A DNA stretch of 64,000 nucleotides, taken from Narcine bancroftii (Eukaryota). The translations under genes and the position numbers were made by a program. The notes under the pieces were generated by a model. It had not been told where the DNA came from. It saw only the letters and a program-made list of their open reading frames with translations, and made no database searches. Location of the stretch: NCBI RefSeq assembly GCF_036971445.1, contig NC_091472.1:46128001-46192000 (forward strand), in the 5' to 3' direction. Each line of letters opens with the position of its first letter. Within the stretch, counting starts at the first letter, position 1. Shown here in pieces: positions 26,320 to 38,600 of the stretch.

Positions 26320-28900
26320 CATAAAATATTAGAGTCCAGGAACAGGCCCCTTTGACCCTTCCAGTCTCTGCCAAACCATTTTTCTACCTAGTCCCACCGA
26401 ATCTATAGCCCTCCATACCTCTTCTATTTATGAACCTATCCAAATTTTTTCTTGAATGTTACAAATGAGCCTGCATTCTCCACTTCAGCTGGCAGCTTGT
26501 TCCACACTCCCACCACTCTCTGTGTGAAGAAATCCCCCCCTTATGGACCCCCTAAACTTTTCCCCTTTCACCCTTAACCTGTGTCCTCTGGTTTGTATCT
26601 CACCTACCCTCATTGGACAAAGCTTACTTATATTTACTCTGTCTATCCTCCTCATAATTTTAAATACCTCTATCAAATTTCTCGCATTTTTCTACGCTCC
26701 AGGGCATAAAGCCCTAACCTGTTTAACCTTTCCCTGTAACTCACTTCCTGAAGTCCAGGCAACATCCTAATAAATCTTTTCGGCTCCCGTTCTATCTTAT
26801 TGATATCTTTCCTGTAGTTAAGTGACAAAAAACTGCACACAATACTCCAAATTTGGCCACACCAATGACTTTACCATAACATTTCAAACTTATATTCAAT
26901 ACTTGGATTTATGAAGGCCAATATGCCAAAGGCTCTCTTTACAACCCCATCTTACTACGTCAACATTTTCAGGGAATTATATATGTGTATTCCCAGATCC
27001 CTTTGTTCTACCATTTACTGTGTATGTCCTTTCTTGATTTGTTCTTCCAAATTGCAACACCTCACATTTGTCTGCATTTAATTCTATCTGCCATTTTTCA
27101 TCCTATTTTTCCAGCTGGTCCAGATCCATCTGCAAGCTTTGAAAAACTTGTCATCTGAAAACTTGCTGATCCAATTTACCACATTATCAAACAACAATGG
27201 TCCCAGCACCAATTTCTGAGGCACACCACTAGTCACAGGCCTCCAGTCTGAGAAGCAATCATCCACTACCATTCTCTGGCTTCTCCCATCCAGCCATTGT
27301 CGAATCCAATTTACTTCACATGAATACCGAGTGCCTGAACCTTCTTAATTAACCTCCCATGTGAAACCTTGTCAAAGACCTTACTAAAGTCCACATAGAC
27401 AACATCCACAATCTTTCCTTCATCAACTTACCTAGTAACCTCCTTGAAAAACTCTATAAGATTGGTTAAACATGACCAAAGCCATATTGACTATCCCTAA
27501 TCAATGCCTGGCTATCCAAATACTTGTACATCTGATCTCTTAGAACACCTTCCAATAATTTAACTACTACTGATATAAAGCTCACCGGCCTATAATTTTC
27601 AGGATAAATTTTGGAGCCTTTTTTAAACAACAGAACAACATGATCTACCCTCCAATCCTCCGGCACCACACCTGTGGCTAAGGACATTTTAATTATTTCT
27701 GCCAGAGTCCCTGCACTAGCCTCCCTCAAGGTCCAAGGGAATATCTTGTCAGGTCCTAGGGATTTATCCACCCTTATTGCTTTAAGTCAGCAAGCACCTC
27801 CTCCTCTTTAATCTGTATCACTTTGCTTCTTTTCTTTTCTTTCCATGAGTCTGATACAGTTTCCTGAGGAAATACTAAAGCAAAAACAAAACCCTTTAAG
27901 ATTGACCCCATCTCTTTTGGCTCCATACATAGCCGACAACGCTGAACTTCAAGGGGATCAATTCTGTCCCTTACTATCCTTTTGTTCTTAATATACCTGT
28001 GTAAACCCTTAGGATTTTCCTTCACATTGTCTCACAAAGCAATCTCATGTATTTTAGTCTTCCTGATTTATTTCTTGAGGATTTCTTGCAGTTTTATACT
28101 CTTCAAATACCTCATTTGCTCCATTGCCTATACCTGCTATACACCTCTCTTCTTCCAAACCAGATCCCCAATATCTTTTGAAATCCAAGGTTCCCTATGC
28201 AAGGTAACCTTGCCTTTAATCCTGAAAGGAACATGCAAACTCTGTACTCTCAAAATATCACCTTTGAAGGTCCTCCACTTACCTCGCACATCCTTGTCTG
28301 AAAACAACTTATTCCAAACCATGCATTCTAGATCCTTTCCCATTTCCTCAAAAATTGGAATTTATCCAATTTAGAATCTCAACCTGAAGTCCAGTCCTAC
28401 TCTTCTCCATAATTAACTTGAAACTAATGGCATAATGATCACTGGACCCAAAATGTTCCCCTACTTGCCCTGCCTTGTTCCCTAATAGGAGATCTAGTAT
28501 TGCACTCTCCCTAGTTGGTATCTCTATATACTGATTTAGAAAACTTTCCTGAACACATTTGACAAACTCCAAGCCATCCAGCCCTTTTACAGTATGGGAG
28601 TTTCAGTCAATATGTGGAAAGTTAGAATCTCCCATTATCATAACCTTATGTTTCTTGCAGCTGTCTGCTATCTCTCTAAAGATTTGCTCCTCCAATTCTC
28701 ACTGAATATTGGACAGTTTATAATACAAACCATGAGTGTGGTCATATTTTTCCCATTCTTCAGCTCCATCCATACAGCCTCAGTAGACCAGCACTCTAAT
28801 CTGTCCTGCCTGAGCACAGCTGTGATATTTTCCCTGATGAACAATGCCACTCCTCCTCTTTTCACCTCCCCCATTCTACCATGACTAAAGCCCAGAACAC
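26320..28900 (-). mobile_element. Long decayed CR1 LINE (endonuclease, RT and 3' end)
   Basis: KRGGVALFIRENIT, RESAILDLLLGN, GSSDH, KSLGPDKIFP, VPEDWR, NYRPVS, SGVPQKLVLGPLLF, IEVFKIMRRIDRV. Confidence 0.92.
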
Positions 28901-29934
28901 TGAGCTGACAATCTCATTGAATTCATAAATAAAAACAGTACATGCATCCTGGAATTATTACTTAGATCATACAATTATTAATTTGGTAAAAGATTAATGG
29001 GAGAAAAGAGGATTTTAAGTCAGATTTGTTTGGGATCATTTTGTAAAATACTATAATGTAAAGTAGAATTGAAATAGAGCAAGAAGTCAATATCATGTTT
29101 TGGATTTCAGTCATGAACATATCCAGCAAATATTATAAATTGAACCAATGCATTTAATTGAAAATGGCTCTCAACATATCTGAAATGGAGTGAATATGGA
29201 TCAGATTGTAATTATTATTACTGTCTGAATATCCAGACTATTGCATTAAGGGGAAACAGATGAAGTGGTAGAATACATGAGGGGAAAAAAAAGTGAAAAG
29301 TGCAAATTTTTTCAGTTTTTTTTTCATATTTCCCCACACTATGTCATCAATGCAAATGTAAAGACAAATATACCTATTACGTGTCTTTATCTCTGGTGAT
29401 ATGTGATTAACCACTGAGTTTGAAAGATCAAAATTGGGTTTCTCTCCAATTCCCCCTACCTTCTTATGGAAAAGTAACTCGCCTCTAAATAAGCACCTTT
29501 CTCCAAGACTAAATCATGAATTCACTGGGGAGTCTTAAGAAGAACAAACCCTGATTGTGACATGGTGTATAGGCACGCTTAGCTAATCAAGATTCCAAGT
29601 AACAAAGGTGCAAGTCATACAAAAACGAAAGATGAGGAAGAGAAGGGGGAAATAAAAAGAACTGCAAATAAGAAAAAAATTCAAATACCTGTATAAATTA
29701 CGGTAAGAAAAACATAATAATGATACAGAATGCATTTTGAAAGTGTAACTAGTTAGTTAGAAGAGCTGACTGCATTTAGCAGACTCAAACACTACCTTAA
29801 AAAATTCCATGCTGGCATTTTTCATACGAGTACCTCATTGAAAACATGTTTAACAAAAATTTAGAGAATAACTGGGCTCCAAGTGGGTGAAGTACTTTCT
29901 ATAATTGTATGTATGCATTTATTTATTTATTTAC

Positions 29935-30145
29935 TTTACACATACGCATGGTAACAGGCCCTTCTGGCCCATGAGCCCTTGCTGCCCAAATACACCAATT
30001 AACTCCAAAGAGTGCAAGGAAACAGCAGAACCTGGAGGAAACCCCATGCAGATACAGAAAGAACTTACAAAATTCTTATTGACAGCGGAAGATTCGAACC
30101 TGGGTCGCTGGAGCTGTAATAGTATTGCGCTAAGCACTACACTAT
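29935..30145 (-). mobile_element. tRNA-derived V-SINE (HE1-like)
   Basis: Reverse strand shows A/B-box-like head (ggttcgaatc) and the tgcatggggtttcctccagg V-domain. Similar copies at ~4300, 10500, 34140, 47290 and 57910. Confidence 0.7.
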
Positions 30146-31259
30146 GTCCTGGTTAAAGATGATTGGATAATTCTCCTGTCAATAAAGTTTGAGAAATAAG
30201 GGATACCAACTGTAGAAGCTAGAAGATCATAATCAAGGAAGCCAGGATATTTTTTAAGAGGATAAAACAGGGTCAAGATTGCTGCAGGTTGGAGAATCAG
30301 GATTCAGGCAGAACTGTGGTTCCTGCAGTGGAGGCAGTTTAGTCTCACCCAATACACATTTTTTTCACTTAACTGCAGGAATCCTTATCTGTGCAGGGCT
30401 AAGATCATGTTCTCTTGCAAGTACCCAATGACGATCATTCCAAAAAGAACAAATTCCCCTGCAAATATCCAAAAGGAAACCTGCACAGGGAATAACATTA
30501 TTGAATCTGCCCTGGCTCCAGATATCATGCCTAGAATGCAAAACAAAGTGCCCAATAATATTTCATTATTGTACTCTAGATTAACTGATATTCAGTCATC
30601 TAACATTGAAAAATACACAGGCAAAATCCATTAAATATTTAAGCATTTGTGTTCTGAATAAATCTATGTTATTGAATCAGTTATTAAAAATACTCTGAAG
30701 AAAGAAAGAGTTCCAAATTGTAATTCAAAGAGCCACAAAAGCAGGAATTTGCAGAACTTGGTTCTAAACCAGATGAAGTACTACTGAAGTCAACTAGGTT
30801 AGAAACCAAAAGAAAACAAATGGAATGCTGAGATAGACCTGCTCTTGAAAAACATGTCTTGAAATTAAAACCCTGTTCACCAAGATATTTTGAGGGACAT
30901 ATAAACTGAACCAATCATGAGCAAATAAAATTGTGACATTTTCCTTTACAAAGCCATGTCCAAAGCTTCTTGGCAAAGGATCTTATTTACAAAAATATAA
31001 AATTATATAAGTTGAAAATAAAGGGTAGGAGACAGTGCAGCACTTGGGCCCATATGTCCAGATTGGACAAGTTTTTTTTTCACCCAGGCCATCAGACTCC
31101 TAAATTTCCAAAACATATGTGTATAGAGTACCTTGGTACCGAGGACTCTTATACGTCTTAACATTTAATATTTTATCTGTTTAACTTCTTTTTTAATTTC
31201 TATTTATGTAAATATGCTCTGTGGTCCTGGAGAAAGGCTAAATAAAGGTGACTTGATCA

Positions 31260-32100
31260 AAGTTTTATAGAGCTGCAACATTACCACACAGCTCTTCTTA
31301 ACTACCCTATTAAACTGTGCGGCTACCTTGGGAAATCTGTGGATATGGACCTCAAAGCGCCTCTGTTATTCCAAGCTGCTATGCATTCCACCTTCACGTT
31401 TGACTGTCCAAAATGCATCACTTCACACTTATCCTGATTAAATTCCATCTGCCACTTCTCTGGCCAACTCCATCTACATCTGTTGTAACTTACAACAACC
31501 TTCTACACTATCCACAGCATCTTCAACCTTTGTATTATCTGCATCCTTCCATTTCTTTGTCCAGATCATTTATAAAAATTATTAAAAGCAAGGGTCCCAG
31601 ATCTCTGCAGAACTCTACTAGTCATTGACCTCCAACCAGAATACGTTCCACCTACTACTACCCTGTTTTCTGCAAGCAAGCCAATTCTGAATCCACACAG
31701 TCAAGATTCCATGGATCCCACACCTCACAACTTTCTGAATGAGTCTCCCCTAGTGAACCTTATCAAGTGCCTTACTAAGATCCATATACACTACATCTAT
31801 CACCCTACCTTCATCAATTTCTTCTGATACTTCCTCAAAAAACTCAACTAGGCTCATGAGGCACAACCTGCCCCTCACAAAGCCACGCTGACTATCCCCG
31901 AGAAGACAATGCTTCTCTAAATGGTTGTAAATCCTGTCCTTAAGAATCCTCTCCAATAGTTTGCAAACCACTATGTAAAACTCACTGGTCTATAATTCTC
32001 AAGTTTCCTTATTACTTTTTTTTAAATAAGGGCACAACATTTGCAATCTCCAATCTCCAGTACATCTCCTGTGGCCAGGGAGGATGGCAGATTATAGCCA
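31260..32100 (-). mobile_element. CR1 LINE RT fragment
   Basis: KLLERILKDRIYNHLEK...SQRGFVRGRLC...DVVYMDLSKALDKV. Confidence 0.85.
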
Positions 32101-32877
32101 TCACCCAGCAATGCTCAGAAAGATGAGGAAAACAATTGAAAGATCAGAAGCAGGTGATAGATAACTGATTTATAAACATGGGATTAGCCTTCTACATGGT
32201 CAACCTTGAAAAAGGTGCACGGCACAAATAACTGTCCATAATTTGAGCCCATGATCAGCAGGCTGCAACAGCGGAAGGGAACAGTAATTTCCCTAAAATA
32301 GCACAATGATTGTGAACAAGAATAAATTCTCCCCATGTTAAATACATTATAAGATACAGTCCCCCTCATTATTCATCCTCATCATCAAAACTGGGTGGCA
32401 CAATAGGAAGATCAATTTCCATGCACAATTTTCAAGGAAGAGCAAACTGATATTTACACAGCAACTTTTAAATCATAGGAACATGTGCAGTCACTAATGT
32501 TACATGGCAAATTGGCAAGCAATTTGCATCCAGTGGTGTCCCATAAATAGTGAACAAATGTACAGCTAAATAATCTATTTTCTGGTACTATTTATTGGGA
32601 TTTCAGAATAATTACTCCTTTCTGTTAAAGAGATTCACAGGGATTATTATGTGTCCATCTCAATGACCAAATGAAAGCTCAGTTCTAACATATTTCCCAG
32701 CAGTTATCTCACCAACATTAGAGTATTTAATCAGTATACTACTTTGAAGTCTTAGTCTAGGTCATACTGAAGTAGAACTTTAAATCCTGTAACCTTCTGA
32801 CTCAATTTCAAGAGATCTGACATAATTTTTCAACCTATTTTACCGATGAACATTAGCAAATAGAAAAGATTGCTTAC

Positions 32878-32918
32878 CCTATAACATCTCGCAAATCACG
32901 GTCATCGTCTTCATCCAT
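32878..32918 (-). CDS. BICRAL: BICRAL (GLTSCR1L, ncBAF/GBAF subunit) first coding exon, MDEDDDRDLRDVIG
   Basis: Minus strand reads tttctag|ttgtcATGGATGAAGACGATGACCGTGATTTGCGAGATGTTATAGG|gtaagc. Resembles the BICRA/BICRAL N-terminus (MDDDDDSCLLDLIG). The phase-2 donor fits the next exon. Exon starts at 32923 with 5 nt of UTR. Confidence 0.9.
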
Positions 32919-33589
32919 GACAACTAGAAAAGATATGAATAAAATAATCTTTAAATCACCTTCCTGCAATTACCATACTTTCTGTCCACACATTGTTCAT
33001 CTATACTTTACTATTACCCTGCACTTTTGTTTTATTTTAATACTAGGTTTTCATTCTTGCATTACCTGCTGTAATATGTAGAGATTGACTTGCCTGCATA
33101 GCATAAAAGCAGTTTTCTGTGGTATGCAACAATACATATAATTTAGACAATAGACAATAGGAGCTGGAGTAGGTCCTTCGGCCCGTCGAGCCAGCATCGC
33201 TATTCCACAGATCATGGTTGATCACTACCATCAGTACCCCTTTCCAGCCTTATCCCCATAACCGTTAACAATTGCACTGGATTTTGCATATCATTGAAGG
33301 AACCAAATCAGTCAAATACCAATCCTGATACTGGCCTCTCCAAGGGAATTAAATATTTTTAATGTGCTTATTAAAATGTCTGATATTGCACATCCCTGAT
33401 GTGCAATATTTTCAACACAAGTGAAACAAAAAAGTATTCAAATGCTGGAATTTAGAAAAAACCACACAGAAATGTTGAAGGAACTCAGCTTGATCGCAGC
33501 ATCCATAAGAGGTAGGATAATATGACCGACGTTTCAGGCCTAAGCCATTCAACACAAGACCTCTACTTTCAAATAAGACAAACTAAATA

Positions 33590-34900
33590 AAAAAGAGCCA
33601 TGGCCTCTCCAAGAAATCCAAGTATGACCTCCTCGAGGCCATCAGGGAAGCAAAGGGATGGTACAGCAATAACCTCATGTCCCAAGAAATCATCAATGCA
33701 GGATATGTATGCTGTCAGGGAGAACAAAGCAAAAATAAGCAGCATAGCATGGAACAGTTCAGTACTCCCTGATGAATTAAATATGTTCTAAAATAATGCT
33801 CTTTGAACAGGAAGGCAGCAGGTGACAGCCATATCAACTACTGTATGGGTGGTTGCACCCACAGTCACAACTGCTGAAGTTAGGTTGGCCTTGCAGCAGA
33901 TGAACCGGCAGAAAGCAATTGTCCCAGCTGGAATCCCATGATGTGTCCTGAGAGGCTGCGCCGATCAACTGTTAGACTTATACACAGGTATCTTTAATCT
34001 CTCCGTGCATCAGACCACAGTTTCCATTTGCTTGAAGAAGGCCACCATCATATCAGTACCAAAGAAAACCACAAAAATGGGCTGAAAAAAATTACCGTGA
34101 ATTTGGTGGGACTGACATTTTTAAAAATTTACTCATACAGCACAGCCCACAAGCTTCTGCTGCCCAAATACCCCAATTAACCTACAACCCCCCACGTTTT
34201 GAAAGGTGGCAGGAAACTGGAGGAAACCAGATGAACATACAAACACCTCACAGTGTTAGATTCAACCCCAGCTCACTGGTGCTATGCTATCCTGATCCAA
34301 GGTAGCTTTCTTTGAAGAACATTTCCAGTGAGCTGGCCTGGACCAACCATGCCATTGTGATGGGCAAGAAAGCACACCAAAGCTGCTACTTCCTTGAAGA
34401 GTATGGAAGTTTTGGCGTTCCCCAATGTCCCTTAACAACTTCTACAGGTGCATCATCAAAAGCATATTTGCTGATGCATCACAGTATGGTATGCAAGCTA
34501 TTCTCAAAATCAGAAGCTACAGAAAGTAGTGAAAGTTGCTCGGGACATAACCCAAAATTCTCTCTCCTGCATAGGCAATCGATATCTCCTGCTGCCTTGG
34601 AAAGGCAACCCATATATTGAAGGACTCATTTACCACAGAAACCCTCTTTTCTTCCTCCTCCCATGTGGGAGAAAGCTGAAGAGTGCAAAAGTCTCCTCTA
34701 ACTGGTTTAAAAAGTTACTTCCCACAGCCATTGGGTTCCTAAATGAACCCAACAACAATGCTGGTACTAAATGAACTTACTTTTTATTGTAACTCTATAC
34801 TCTCTAAACTGTGCTCTTTACACCACTTAATGTTAGTTAGCCTGTTAGACTGCTCACAGAAGAACCCTACTCACTGTTTTAATTATAGAGTACAAACAAG
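33590..34900 (+). mobile_element. Highly decayed Rex1/Babar LINE pieces, interrupted by a V-SINE at ~34130-34290
   Basis: LPDELNMF, CADQL...IFNLS, CLKKATIISVPKK, KKAHQ..YFL and FFLLPCGR remnants. Confidence 0.7.
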
Positions 34901-34919
34901 GTTAAACTTACCGTGAATT

Positions 34920-35400
34920 TATGTGTCCCAGTTCTAAATGACCATCCCCTTATTTTGAAGCTATGCCTCCTTGTTTGTGATTCTCCCACTTGTAGAAACA
35001 TCTCAAAATCTATCCTGCCAACCCCTCTTGGAATATTGTATATCTGAATAGTTACCCATCATTCTTGTCAACTCTAAGGAATGCAAGACCAAACAGTCTA
35101 GATTCTCAACAGAACAACCCTCTCATCCCAAGAATTAGCCTAATGAATCTCCTTTAGGCTACCTCCAATGCTACTCAATCTTTTTCAAGGCAAGAGGATC
35201 ATAATTGTCTGCAGTTTTCCAATTGCATTCTCATCAATACCTTCTACAATTACAACAAAACAATTCAATGTTTAAATTCCAAACCCTTTGCAATAAATGC
35301 CAACACGTCATTGCCTTAACTACTCGTTGGACCTGTTTTCTAACTTTTTGTGATTCATGCACTGAAACTTAAATCCCTCTGAACTTCACGTCTGCAGTTT
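34920..35400 (-). mobile_element. CR1 LINE 3' fragment
   Basis: Reverse-strand CR1 3' motifs (aatgaccatccccttattttgaagctatgcc...ctttgcaataaatgccaac). Confidence 0.55.
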
Positions 35401-35659
35401 CTCTGCATTTTTATTCCAACTTTGTCCTCATCAATACCAGTGTGGTGGTGAAGGTGATATCAGCAACGTCTATTCTACTGAGGGTAAAACTTAAGAGAAA
35501 ATGATGGATTCCCAAACAAGATTACTAACTACACATTACCTTGAAATCTTGAAACTGCACGTCAAATATTGTTCAGCTATGTTTCCACCCTTAAGTTAAT
35601 TGCCCAACCACTGTAACATTTTAATATGGATAATGGTTATTTGTTTTCTGTAACAGCAC

Positions 35660-38600
35660 CCAGAATCAGAATCAGAATTTATTGTCATGACAAGTCATGA
35701 AATTCAGTGTTTTGCAGTAGAATCATAGTTCAAACATTCATATTATAACCATTTTACGAAATTACTATAAAAAATATCAATAATAATGCACGAAAAGTGC
35801 AGGAATCTGATGGCAGCAGGAAAGAAGCTGTCCTTGTGCCACTGAGTCTCGTTTTTAGGCTCCTGTATCTTTTCCCCTAATGGTAGCTGAGTGAAGAGGG
35901 CATGCATGGTCTGGGTGGTGGGGGTCTTTTGAGGATAGAGGCTGCTTTTTTAAGACACTGCCTCATGTAGATGTCCTCGATAGAGTGAATTCTGGTGCCC
36001 ATAATGTCGCAAACAGAGTTAACAACCCTCTGGAGTTTATTCTTGTACTGAGGGTCGACACCTCCAAACCAGGCAGTGATGTAACCAGCCAGAACACTCT
36101 CCACAGTACACCTGTAGAAGTTTACAAGAGTCTTTGGTGACACGCTGAATCTCCTCAGACACCTCACAAAGTATAGCCACTGGCGAGCAGTCTTTGTGAT
36201 TGCATCAACATGGAGGCTCCAGGAAAGATACTCGGAGATGTTGACACCCAAGAATTTGAAGTTACTGGCCCTCTCCACAACTGAGCCCTTGATAATGACT
36301 GAGTCCTGTTCCCCTGACTTCTTCCTGAAGTCCACAATCATCTCCTTGGTTTTGCTGATGTTAAACGCAAGGTTGTTGTTATTACACCATTCAACAAGCT
36401 GATCTCTCTCCCTCCTGTACACATGGTCATTGCTGTTTATGATTCTGCTGACAACTATGGTGTCATCGGCAAACTTGTAGATGGCATTGGAATTGTGCCT
36501 GGCCACACAGTTGTGGGTGTATAATGAGTAGAGCAGTGGGGCTCTACTTGGGGTGCACCTGTGTTGATGATCATTGAGGAGACGTTTCCAATTCATACTG
36601 ACTGTGATCTTCCAATGAGAAAGCCAAGGATCCAATTGTGGGGGGGGGGGGGGGGGGGGGGGGTACAGAGGCCTCAAATTTGTAGCTTCTTGACCAGCAC
36701 TGAGGGAATAATGGTATTGAAGGCCAAGCTGCACTCTATGAAGAGCAGCCATATGTATGAAATGCTGTTTTTGAGATGATACAGAGCTGAGTGGTGAGCC
36801 AGCGATATAGCACCTGCATGAAGGATTGTGACGATAGGCGAATTGCAATAGGTTAAGATCTTTACTTAGATATATGTTAATTCTGGCCATGACCATGCTC
36901 TCAAAGCAGTTCATCACAGTAGAAGTTAGTGCTACTGGGCGGAAGTCGTTGAAGCAGCCCACGCTAATCTTCTTGGGTACCAGGATGTTTGATGCTCATT
37001 TGAAGCTGGCGGGAACCTCTGACTGCCACAATGAGAGGTTGAAAATGTCCGTGAATACTCTGCTAGTTAGTTGGCGCATATTTTCAGTACCATGCCAGGT
37101 ATGCTGTGAGGGCCTGACGCCTTGCGAGTGTTCACCCTCTTGAATGATGTTCTGACATCACCCGCAAAGAAAGATATCACAGGTTCCTCAGCTTTTCCAT
37201 AGATTCTAGAAGGCATTGTTCGTTGGTTCTTCTCAAAGCTGGCATAGAGAGTTCAGCTCATCGGATAGTGAAGCAATGCAGCCTTTGCTTTGTAGGCTCT
37301 AATGGCCTGCCTGCACTCCCTGGCATGTCTCTAGCTTCCTCTGGAATTGCCACTTTGCTTTGGAAATGGCCTACTGCAGGTCATACCTGGACCTCTTGTA
37401 ACGATCTCGATCCCTGGCCTTAAATATCCTTGTTCTCACCCTCAGCAAGTTGAGGATTCTCTTATTCATCCAGGACTTCTGGTTGAGGAACACCCAGTGT
37501 TTGCACATGAGCACACACTCATCCACAGTGACACCTGTTGCATATTCATTCAAGTCTATGGATGTGTTCTTGAATATGTTCCAGGCCACTGATTCAAAGT
37601 AGTCCTGCAGACGCTCCTCCGCGTCCCTCGCCATCTTCACCACTGATACTGTGTCTTCAGTCTCTGCTTGTATGCCACAAGTAGAAGTACAGCCAGGTTA
37701 TCAGACTTGCCAAAATGGTATGGTATGACTTGGTATGTGTTTTTCATGGTGGTGTACCATGTGATATGCTGGCATAGTTTGTCAAAGACTTCTTCAGGAT
37801 GGCCTGATTGAAGTCTTCCTCAATGATCGGGAAGGCATCCAGATATGCTGTCTCATGGCTATTTATCACAGTGCTCAGTCCCTCCGGTGCCAGCCTGACG
37901 TTAGCCTGGGGCAGAATGTACACTGCGACCAGGATGATGGCATTGAACTCCCTCAGCAGGTGGAATTGGCGCCAGATGTTCCAGGAAGGGGTAGCAGGAC
38001 TGGGACATGATCATCATATCACATCTGGACACCACAATGAATTGATGATGACACAAATGACGTCTCCCCGGTTTTTCCAGGTGCTGGTGTTCAATCAGCG
38101 CAGTGGAGGATGTAGCTCTTGGGATGCAGTTCAGAGTCCGGAATGTCCACATTAAGCCATGTTTCCATGAAGCTCATCACTTAGCACTCCCTGATGTCAT
38201 TCTGATGTTGAAGTCTGGCTTGTTCTCCAAGGACTACATGTTATTTTGTAACCGCATAAGAATACACCCTTCTCACTGTAGTAACTGTAGTACACCACTG
38301 TGGGGCGTATGTATATGTGAGTGTGTATGAACAGTTTCCTGAGACGGTGGAAGACATCAGTGAGTAAAATCTCTTGTGTTATATGAATCTTGCACCTCTA
38401 AGTTATTTAAGAAGCTTCCCAAATAACACAGGGACATAACATGGTGGCAGCGGTACAAGAAAACAAGAATAAAGCCATACAATTGATTGTAAGTCACTGA
38501 AATACGAAGGGGAAGAAGAGAAAAAACATTCTGGAAAAAATGGCTGGAGCAAAAGCAGTACACCCAGTGATGGACTGGGAGTCTGAAGACATTGTTGAAT